DNA of 62,356 bases, filler included, from Squatina squatina (lineage: Eukaryota): assembly GCA_031763465.1 (NCBI GenBank). It is 3 parts of 3 records of this genome, joined end to end, with 100 filler letters (N's around TTAATTAATTAA, not from the genome) between each part and the next. Parts side by side here need not be neighbours in the genome. Positions count along the whole stretch, not along the records: positions 47,305 to 62,356 come from JARFOE010000057.1; 2 more parts are not named here. One strand, given 5' to 3'. Position 1 is the stretch's first letter. Every line of letters begins with the position of its first letter. Positions 47,658 to 58,448 of this stretch are shown one piece after another. The position numbers were made by a program, and so were the translations under genes. A model generated the notes under the pieces. The model ran no database searches. It saw nothing but the letters and a program-made list of their open reading frames with translations, and was not told the origin of the DNA.

Positions 47658-48993
47658 TTGACTCTTTATTGTGGATAATGCAATAATCTTCACAGTAACA
47701 AGATTCTCAATCCTTCTTTTCACATTTACTTAAGGTATTTTTTTTTAAGCAAGGTACATGGCACTATGTGATAGTTTCTGGAAAAGATAACTTTGTAGTA
47801 AATTAACCCCTCATAATGTACTTGTCGAGTATGTTGTGGGTTATGCACCCATCTCTTGGCAGTTTACTTTCCAGAATATCCTCTCTATGTACTTCTGCTA
47901 AAAATATGTGTCATAGGGATTAAAAGAACTTTTAATTAAAATTCTGAAATGTAGTTACATTTTTAATTCATTATGATTTGTGTAGAATTTGCCAATGCGC
48001 TTCCACTTTCATGTTTTGACACAAGCTATCATTTTTCTCTTGAATAAAATGGACTTTCAACAACTGTTTTAGTTTAAAATGTCTAATAGCTGTCTGTAAT
48101 GTACATTACTTTCCTCTGATTTCCCCCAAAGAGCCCCGCCGTGCTGCATCGTAATGTACTTGTTTGTTAACAGTGCATCTTAAAAGGTCACATTTGAATG
48201 CAAACAGTGGATACAGTCTGAGGTGAAGTGCACATACTTTACCTATCCTCTGATAATCAGATCATGACCTAGTTTCTTCCCACTTCCTTGCAAATAGTTA
48301 TATTTACAATGATTGCTTNNNNNNNNNNNNNNNNNNNNNNNNNNNNNNNNNNNNNNNNNNNNNNNNNNNNNNNNNNNNNNNNNNNNNGGAAGCTTGACAG
48401 GATATAAATCCTTTGGGGTCTAGCGAGCGTTTGATCTCTCCCCGGCAGGCTGCTGATTTCACTCTGAAGGAATGTCTGGACTCCAGGGTTCCGCCCACCC
48501 ACAGAATCATTAGAGACGGGACGTAGGGTTCCACACAAAGCACTGTAGGGGTTTTCAATCAGGTCAGAAGCCTAGGAAATGTAATGGGAAGTTTTGCCAA
48601 AGTTTAAAATCTATGCATTGAACAACGGCTTGTATGTATTCCCTCCCCCATCAGAACATAACAGTTGTAATAACAAATGTTCACTTCTATTTACACTTTC
48701 TGTATTGTTTCAAAGCATATGTATTATTAAAGAACTTATCTTCCTGAAAATACTTTTGATAATTTAATTTAAGAAACTATTATTTCACTAAACATGATTA
48801 CTCTTTTTTAGGGTATGGGAGTGGAGTCTTGTGAGCACAACCGTACTATAATTGGAACCAGAACATGGTGGTGGAGAGTTGCAGTCCTAGATGCACTGCC
48901 TCAAACCTATTTGGATAAATGATCTCTTCACTTCTCGGTCTCCAAACTTCAATCATGCCATTTCCACCTTGTTGCTATTTGTAACTAGACTTT

Positions 48994-49683
48994 GGGGCCG
49001 AAATTGGACTTTTTCTTTTGCCCCATTAGGGAGGCGCTACTGGGGCAGTAAGGGTCTTTCGCCCAGGTGCTTACCTCGCCTTCTGCGGAATTGGCCCGGT
49101 GGTTTGCGGAGGCGCTACCACATGCACATCGCCTCCTGAACGCCTTGGAAGAAACATTGGGCCACGCCAGCAACGTTATAGAGTAACGATGACACTGTCT
49201 ATTTCCTGTCGGGAGCCAGATGCGCCAGCCTAATTAAAAATGAAAAGATTTTGTGTCAGCCATTATTTATCTCCAGCTTGTCGAAAGTTCTGCTGAGTGA
49301 CTGTTGGGCCGATACCAGCAATTTTTGCCATAAACATTGTCCTACCTCCCACCTATTCCCCTGTATCAGTCAAGGCTCTTTGCACCTTATAACTTTTTTT
49401 CCACTTCATGGGGTCTGTGCTGGCAGTAGATCACCTGCTCCTACTGCACCTTCAGAGGATTCTTCGTCAAAGACAAAGGCACCACAAGGGAAAGACTTCA
49501 AGCGAGGGAGAAAAGGTGCAACAGTGAGGGACCACCACAGGGACAGGCACAGGGAGAGGCCTATGGAGCGAGGCACAGGGAAAGGGTGAGGGAAGGTGAC
49601 TGGGAAAGGGGCAGACACGGACACCCACTTGCACTAGACCACAGGCACATGGAGATGAAGAAGACACTGCAGGGCTGGCAACA
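48994..49683 (+). mobile_element. Left end of a Harbinger-type element, possibly with the start of a decayed transposase ORF
   Basis: Terminus GGGGCCGAAATTG is identical to 17732-17744. A short basic ORF at 49408-49527 (MGSVLAVDHLLLLHLQRILRQRQRHHKGK..) resembles the low-complexity N-terminus that precedes the other relics. Confidence 0.65.
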
Positions 49684-50394
49684 NNNNNNNNNNNNNNNNN
49701 NNNNNNNNNNNNNNNNNNNNNNNNNNNNNNNNNNNNNNNNNNNNNNNNNNNNNNNNNNNNNNNNNNNNNNNNNNNNNNNNNNNCAGTGACAAACTTCCAG
49801 CAAAATCTTGGTAGGATTGGCCATGGGTTGTAATTTTTAAACATTTGTTTGGAATCCTTATTGATCAGGAGGAGCAGGAATACTTCTCCAGGCCCCGTAA
49901 GGAATTTATTTGCCTCCCTAGCTGGCTGTACCTTTCTCTTCCAGTAGTGGCAGTTCATTGGAGATCACTTCCATCCCAACACTAACTTAAACTGGGGACT
50001 GTTGGCTTGGGTTCCGAACAGCATCCGGCTCCCGGCAAAATTCCCACTCCTCCCTGCTGGCCAAAAGGTCAGTCACTCCCCCCACTCCCCCCCCCACCCC
50101 CAGCCCCCAACCCCCTTCAACATCCATGTTTTGAGTGACGGATGGATTAGAAATATTTAAATGTGACTCAGGAGTTAAACTCGCCTGGACCTCATGCTGA
50201 ACTCATCAAGAGGGTTTCTTGCCCACCTCAAACTAAAATCAGGGCTTTTCGAGTCTGATAAGCAACAAGACTTTTGGATGAAGGTCAAATTTGTGTCTTG
50301 TAGACGTTCAAGATGAGATGTGGCGTGTAGATGACATGAATTCCAGTTTTCCAACTACGTTACGATGCCCTTGCCAGAACTAAAGCTGAGCAGC

Positions 50395-50792
50395 CAACAA
50401 AACAACTACAATAACTTATATTTATATAGCCCCTTCAACATAGTGCAATGTTCCAAGGTGCTTCAAAGGAGCACAAAGTTTGGCAGCGAGCCACAGAAAG
50501 AGATATTAGGATAGTTGAGTAAAAGCTTGGTCAAAGAGATAGGTCTTAAGGAGTGCCTTAAAGGAGAAGAGAGAGGTTTAGGCAGGGAATTCCAGAGCTT
50601 AGGGCTGAGGCAGCTGAAGGCATGGTCACCAGTAGTGGATCGAAGAAAATCAGGGATGCACAAAAGGCTAGAATTGGAGGAGCGCAGAGATCTTGGAGGA
50701 TTGTTGGAGTGGAGGAGGTTACAAAGATAGGGAGGGGCGAGGCCATGGAGGGATTTGCAAACAAGGAGGAGAATTTTAAAACTGAGGCATTC
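50395..50792 (-). mobile_element. L2 LINE 3' end (ORF2 C-terminus plus tail)
   Basis: FKILLLVCKSLHGLAPPYLCNLL...PPRSLRSS..LL.IP..RSTTGDHAFSCLSPKLWNSLP, a canonical L2 C-terminus, with a (CAA)-like tail. Confidence 0.93.
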
Positions 50793-53563
50793 CCGGATAC
50801 TGTGATTTATGCTGTTTATTGTTTCACATTGGAACCATTTCTTTGAAGTAAGCAAACAAGCAGCGAGGCCAACAGCTATTAAATATTGTTTGGGGAGATG
50901 TTAATGTCAGAAAGCTAACATTTCCTGTCCATGTTCCTACTAGATGCACCCCTTAGAATGGATTTGCCTAATGGCATAGTATTCAGAGGGAATTGGTCTT
51001 CCCGCTCTCTCTGTCAAACTGCATCTAACATAACCTGCGGTCTTGTTCCCCTAGCCTCAAAAGCAACCTGAGTTCCCCTACATATTCAGTCTGACTGCCA
51101 GTTTGTAACACAGACAGGGGTCATGGCTACCATTTTAATTTCAGCAGCTTTAAAAACTCTAAAATAAAGACAAAAATGTCAATGTTTCTCAGACACAAGT
51201 GTGGGATTCTCCAGCTTCTTCGCACAATGTGTTATCCTGCCACAACACTGAAGAAATATCATTTAAAAAATTTAAACATCAAACACATCAACATTCAGGG
51301 AGGCACTTTTTGTTTCAAAGGAAGATTAAAAATTCATTTGGCCACATTTTGAATAGATTTCATATTAATGTTTCATGCTTTTTCAAGAAAGCTTACATTC
51401 GTGGTAATCTTTCTGGACTCCATCATTAATTATTCATTCACTAGTCTGGATCCTTGCGATGTCTGCTCATTGCATGAAACATTTATTCATATGTACGAAA
51501 AGAAACATCTGGGATTCAATTTGCCTTTTGATTACTTTATGATTTGGGTAAAGTTTTGAAAAAAATAAGAGAAAAGTGAGCTTGGAAGTGATACAAAAGC
51601 ATTCCATTCGATAAATAGAAAACTTCAACAATGTTCGTTATTGATCATTTGTTTACATTATCTGTTTAATATGCTTGTTTTGATTTTTCTGGCACAAAAG
51701 CATTTGCTGAGGAAGAATTACCTTTATTAAATATAATACAATCCAAAATACAATCTTGGCATCAAATAACTTTATTTCAGATAAAGAAATAAATAATTCT
51801 AGTGGCTCTCAAGATACCTCACCATTGTAGGTATGAACATTAAGTGAAAATTGGAGCCCTATAGGCCATATTGCTAAAACTAAAACACTGTCTTCAAGTT
51901 TCCATACAAGCCAATACTTTGTAAGATGAATATTTGACAGAACCTGCTCATAACAGAGACAGCAAAAAGCTCCTCTATCAGTCCTGATCCTGCTAGTAGA
52001 TGTTACATTACATACATTTTTTTGTTTGATTTGATCATGGATACTCTCCTGCTTGTTTGTGAATTAAAAACTCCTCAGTATCAAGTGCTTCCAGGAAAAT
52101 TGACAAATGGCCTCTGAAAATGACTGACAATGCTGATCTTTTGGGGCTTGTATCTCTTTCCCCAAATGCTGTTTGAAGGTTTTCTGTAAATATAGCAAGC
52201 ATTGATATTAACCAATTTTATTTAATTAAAATAAATGCATTTTTGTAAAGAGTTTTTGTAAAAAGCTAACATCACGTAGTTTGACATTCAATACTCTGGC
52301 TTGAGTGCTAGGTGTTGTCTCCTGTATTATGCTAGATCAATCTTCTGATGTCTGAGGAAAGGAGGGTCTGCTGCTGGGGAGGGCTTTGTAGAAATGAACT
52401 GGCAAATTTACTGCCATGTTAACTGAGCTACCACCAACACAGTCAGCAAATGAAAGCGGTTCAGCGGAGAGTGAGGGTATCTCAAGCAGGTGAGTTGCTT
52501 AATGTGAAACGGTTAGTCATCTGGCAGTGTGTAATGTGTTGGAAAGCACAGCATACTTGTTCAACCAAAATCTGAAAAAAAACCCAGAACATCTCCTATA
52601 TCAGATGTCTCACCTCAGCACTGTTACAAATTTTTGGTTTCCAACCAATACAGCGACTCAAAACTTATTTTCCAAGTGAGCATCTCAGTCGCTATGATTG
52701 AGTACATAGGTCTTCCACTTTATTTGAAACATTGTGATGTAATTTTAAAACATTTTTATTAAATTATGAGATGCCATCAAAAAAATGAGATGCCGTTTAG
52801 TAATCCATAACACTAATCAAAACTGGTTTCTAATAGAATGGCGACCCATGAAGGACTGACACAACGGATGCACTATCATCCAGCTGTTTAAAATGTTTAA
52901 GGTTTAATGTGCATAATTAAAAGTGCTCAATATAAAATGCAATTTATGAGCATTTAAATGCCTTTTTTTATTTAATCTGAAACTACATTACACTTAATGT
53001 ACTAATTAAAAGACCTAATAAAATACTTTTGAACAATAGTAAAGAATGCTTATTTAAATATGAAACGACAGTACCACATTCCAGGAGTCTGCTTTCAAAC
53101 TGAACGGTTTAATGGAGCTGTGTAGTGACTACCACATGCAAATAAATATATATGGACATAAAAACAGAACATGCAGAGATTAATTGAGCATGTAATGTAG
53201 CATTATTATGGAGAACCGACAAAATATATAAAATAGGTGACCCCATGATTTAAATGTACATGTTACATAAGCTGTTTTCTCACAGCTCAATGAGAATTCC
53301 CAAGGCCCTTTCTGTGCTGCACTGTGAAGCAAATCCTGTTTCATGGCCAGTGACTCTCAAAAGACAATGCAGACAGCATTCTGTCTGGGGGCTGCCACTC
53401 CGTGTGTGAATGGCAGTCATCTTTACAAGTTTCCAAGCAGCATCTGTTTAAAGGATCATTCACNNNNNNNNNNNNNNNNNNNNNNNNNNNNNNNNNNNNN
53501 NNNNNNNNNNNNNNNNNNNNNNNNNNNNNNNNNNNNNNNNNNNNNNNNNNNNNNNNNNNNNNN

Positions 53564-53792
53564 TTTCAACCCTGCAGGACTGCCCTGGAATCACCAGGAA
53601 TTGAAGGTTAATCTCCTGGACAGCAACCGAGGAGAATAAAAAAGTCATAGGGGCACCACTTTCTTTGTACACTTTCGCTTATTAATTATAAAAAATATTG
53701 GAGATGGTACAAAAGGTTGTTTGACTGGTTGGAGGGTGGAGGTCATGTGAGGGAACCTCCAGGAATACATCTAACCAGAGTTGGCAACACTA
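53564..53792. mobile_element. Short non-autonomous DNA transposon with GTTGGCAAC-type TIR
   Basis: Right end CAGAGTTGGCAACACTA. The left end (..CAACCCTGCAGG) abuts a gap. Family recognised from memory. Confidence 0.5.
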
Positions 53793-55346
53793 GCTGATTG
53801 GTTTCAGCNNNNNNNNNNTTTACCATGAGGAGAGATGGTTTCTTCCGTGTCAAATGTTATCCGAAACATTTTGCACAAATTATTAGAAAGGAATATGCGT
53901 ATAAATGTACACTTTACTGTATGACTAACATCCACCAGATCAGTCTGTTATCTGGCTCCTGGACTGCATTTACACTACAACTGTACTGTAAATCCAAACT
54001 CAGGCCTTGACCTGAGTCTGGAGTGAATTAAAGTGACACTTCCTGAATGAGGGATTAATTTAAAATAAATTGCAATTTCATTCTGTTTCAAAGGAGAATT
54101 GTTAAAGGTTCCAATTTGTACAGAGGGTGTTTTTTTTCTTAAATTGGGAATAGTGCATGTTTCACACACATTGTCTTACATCACAACAGAAATTAAACAA
54201 AGAATGGAATACATTTAATTATTCGCATTGAAAATATTTGTGCTGAAATGGGCCAGAGAGTGGTTATTGAGATTCGTTCACTTTGGCCTGTGCATTTGCT
54301 AGTTCCCATGAGCTTATCTTTAGATTTTTAAAGAATTCTTCAGTTATTCTCAGCTGCATTTTTCTATATGGGAAAGATTGCAGATCCTACGCCTCCTGCC
54401 CACCCAAGCCACTGAAAAATATCATCAACTATGTTGGGAAAAGCCAAGGGAAATTAGACTACAGTTGATAGCTCCCAGTGAAGAGCCACAACGGCACAGA
54501 TGCATTGTGCTAAGTGGTTCCCTCACGTGCTATAATTTCTGGCTTTCTATAAATCAGGGCAAAAGTCAAGGTACTTAAATATCTTAAAACTTCTTAACAC
54601 TTACAACATCTGTCTTGAACCTTTCCTCAGCCCACGAGTTATGTTAAACACCCAGTCCTTTCTATATTAAAAATGGTTGATGTAAAAGGCTGGAGATCCA
54701 AATATAGAGAGATAGCAAAAGAATATAATTGAAGCTTGTGTTGGCCAAGGCCAGTCTTGACAATCTTTGCGAGTACACCCCCACGTATAAGTAACCTGAA
54801 TTTTTCAGCTCACTTCCAACAGCTTGCATTGNNNNNNNNNNNNNNNNNNNNNNNNNNNNNNNNNNNNNNNNNNNNNNNNNNNNNNNNNNNNNNNNNNNNN
54901 NNNNNNNNNNNNNNNNNNNNNNNNNNNNNNNCTGATGCCATGGAACCTGAGAAGGCATCTACCGTAGATCCAAATTTATAGCAACATGCTGCACTGATGT
55001 CTACCTCTGTTATAGATTCCTGTGTCAGAATAACTGACTGGATCTGGAATTTGACCTCAGTCTTCATTTGTGAAGCCTACTGTGAAGAATCGATTTAATA
55101 AATTCCCTTTCCTTAGTCCTCTATTGATCATCCACCCAACTTATCCCTTTAAGATATATCTGGCCTTTAAATTAGCCTGCTTCTTACAGGGCTAAAAAAA
55201 ATGTACTGCATTGCTTCTCTTTCTATCTACAAACTGCCTTTTTATTTTACCTATTGTAATACTCATTTTATTTATTCTGATCATGCTTTTGGAAGGATGA
55301 TTTTCCATTACAACCTCAGCTAGAAAACACTTTTGTTTTATACTAA

Positions 55347-55436
55347 TGTAAATCCAGAGTCAGGGCTCAACCTGATACCAGAGTGGAGCTAAATCTCCAC
55401 TCTGGAGTCTGATTCGGCCTTGAATCCAGAATTACA
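55347..55436. repeat. 90-bp imperfect palindrome (MITE-like)
   Basis: The 42-bp arms 55347-55388 and 55395-55436 match at 31/42 positions. The inner 11 bp (CCAGAGTGGAG/CTCCACTCTGG) are perfect, around a 6-nt loop. Confidence 0.8.
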
Positions 55437-57979
55437 GAACTTTTGCATTCATGCAAAGCAAAACTACTTTGCATCAACATTACAGGCAGGCCAGACAGAG
55501 GGCTCAAGTTAATGCCACTTCTCAATGATTGACCATGAATAGGAACAAAATGTCCATTTGTAGACTGAAGCAGCCAAAACTCCAAATGGCCAGCCCATGT
55601 GATTTTCACAGAACTGTGTAACAGAGTATTTCATTGAGGTGGATCAAACAATTACCAGTACACTTTTTATAAGACACCAAAAGAAAGTAAATGGCCTCAG
55701 GGTAAATTTATATTATTGTCTTATCTGCAGAGACGGGAGTAAAATAGACATATNNNNNNNNNNNNNNNNNNNNNNTGTTCTCACACATTTGAAGCTATTC
55801 AATCACCAATTTATTTGGAGTAAGGTCATGACCTATAGCAAGGCTGATCCTCCCTGAGGGATGATCAAAAGCAACTTACTACATCTTTGGGATGTTGTCA
55901 TTGAAACCGGCGTCCATGAACTGACCTGACTGGAAGGATGTCTGTTTCCTGTCCACAAGCCTGAGGGGAAGGAAGAAAGTAATAAATTTCTGGGACTCGG
56001 AAACCTGATTTCCTCATTAAAAGAAAAAGAAAATGAGAGTTTGACTCGAACTTTTATCTCTGGTAATACGTTACTGACTTTTACTGCAGTTCAGGATTAA
56101 AGTCACATCATTCTCCTTAAATTTGTGAAGTGCCTGAGGTCCTGGTGCAATGTAGAAGTATGATCTACAGCATGTCTTATTTTTATTGTAAGGAATCTGA
56201 AACTCCAAATGACGTACAGTTGTTAGTGACAGAAATGTTTACTTGGAATGATTCACCCAGGCTTCAGACCACCCAAAGTTTGACTATTTTACATCTCAAT
56301 CCATAGTCGAGAAAAATGCTTGCAAGCATTTTAGACTGTCAGAACTCCGATGTATGNNNNNNNNNNNNNNNNNNNNNNNNNNNNNNNNNNNNNNNNNNNN
56401 NNNNNNNNNNNNNNNNNNNNNNNNNNNNNNNNNNNNNNNNNNNNNNNNNNNNNNNNTGTTACAGTAGTTTTTAAAATGTTTTTTGATGTGCTTGTGCAGT
56501 TTAGTATATATATGGAACAGATCTGAAAAAGGATGAATGGGAGATACTCCTAGCTGATAGGTTTGGGCCTCCCACGTGACCTCTCCAGTCTCTCCGAAGC
56601 ACTTTGAAATGAGAGAGGAGAGCCACGCTGCGCATGCCCAGCTATGGAGGCAGAAGACGGTAAGTTTACGTGGCTCCCAGACCCTCAGGTAAGTTTGTCG
56701 AAATATATGCGATCAGNNNNNNNNNNATTGCAAATTCAGCTCCACTATTTTTGCTAGCATGAGCACAATCTCGCTTTCTGTATCTGCGGCAGATGCAAAA
56801 GCACCCTTGCGTTACTGTCACAACAATAGTGGAGCAAAATCACACCAAGAAAATCCAATCAGAAATGCTCACATGGGGTCCCGTCACAGTGAAGGCATCA
56901 TAATGTCAGAAATATATTAACAACTGCGTGCAGAACGCACTGACTGTGGGACACAATCAACAGAAGGTGTATGCACCTGGCTCTTTACATTATGCTCTCA
57001 GGTGAAAAGAAAATTGAACCTGAAATGCATCTGCAGTCCTCAAAAAATCTATTGAAGTAAGATGGATAATATTCAGTGCCAAAGACTTATTATACACTGT
57101 ACCTTCGTAAGAAAAGACAAAAATCATAGCTTAGTCAAAGAAGGTATTTATTTGGTTATGTAAAATGATATCTTTCTTGGACTGGATTACCAAAACAATC
57201 TTAACACAGACATCTTCAAAAACAAGCACGCTGTTGTTCCTTCTCCTGAGTGACTTCAAAGGCTTGTTGTTTTAATTAATCCATGAATTTGTGTATCCTT
57301 ATGCAAGTTTCCTGAATTCAGTTTATCTCTGAAGACTCCTTTGTGCTTCAAAGTATGATATTTACAAAGAAAAAGCATTTGAATGCTTAAAGGAAGTCTA
57401 TGACTCCAGTTCTTGTCTCTCACGTTTTGGTCCAGTGATTCTTCAACCACAAAACCCAAACAGTTGCAACTAGTGGTTACCTACAGTCGTGTAGTTCAGA
57501 TAAAAGTTAGCAAAGCACCAAAATCTTCCACAGGTCAGCAATGAACAATCTGGTGAATTTGAACTATTTAACTTTTATTGGCATTAATTTTGTTGTCATT
57601 AAAGTGAGGAATGCCTTGGGGGGTTAACATGGGAAGTTGAAGATATTTAATTGAACGTTGTGGAACACAGAATCCGTTCTGAAAGGAGGACTTAGTAAGA
57701 AAATTTCCAAAGCTCTTTCTCATATGAGAATAATAAAATTTACATTTCACAATTTCCTAATTACTGTTCAATTCACTCACACCTACTTTTTCACTAACAT
57801 TAGCGATTGGAGGCAAGTAGTCCAGAAGCACACAGAACAAAATGGCCTTTATTTGTTGTAGATCGCACAATCTGTATCACACAAGTTAATCTTTTATTGA
57901 GGTATAATGCAATAAGGGAGCTGTGGCTTTTTTAAGCAGATGGTACACATTCTGAGAAAAGGCGCAGCCTAAATGTTTC

Positions 57980-58116
57980 AGGGTAGCTATTCAAAGTGGC
58001 AGAAGGTGTATAGTGGTGTTCCACAAGGATCACTGCTGGGAGCACTGTTGTTCACAATTTATATTAACGAATTAGACTTTGAAATCAAAAACACAATTTT
58101 TAAATTTGCAAACAAT
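57980..58116 (+). mobile_element. CR1 LINE RT core fragment
   Basis: GSYSKWQKVYSGVPQGSLLGALLFTIYINELD..IFKFANN; the catalytic FADD has decayed to FANN. Confidence 0.92.
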
Positions 58117-58216
58117 NNNNNNNNNNNNNNNNNNNNNNNNNNNNNNNNNNNNNNNNNNNNNNNNNNNNNNNNNNNNNNNNNNNNNNNNNNNNNNNNNNNN
58201 NNNNNNNNNNNNNNNN

Positions 58217-58448
58217 CCTCCTCAGGTGTTCTGGCCAATACTTATGTCTCAACCAACATTCCTAAAACAAGTTATCTGGTCATTATCACATTGCTGTTTG
58301 TGGGATTTGGCTGCGTGCAAATTAGCTGCTGCATTTCCTACATAACAAGAGTGAATTCACTTCACAAATGGCCCTTGATCGAGTATAAAGTGCCTTGGGT
58401 CACCCTGAGATTGGGAGAAGGTGCAATATCAATGTCAATTTGTTCTCT
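58217..58448 (+). mobile_element. Deu-domain SINE, 3' half
   Basis: GGTGTTCTGGCCAATACTTATGTCTCAACCAACAT..TTATCTGGTCATTATCACATTGCTGTTTGTGGGA, collinear with 43555-43775. Confidence 0.85.
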
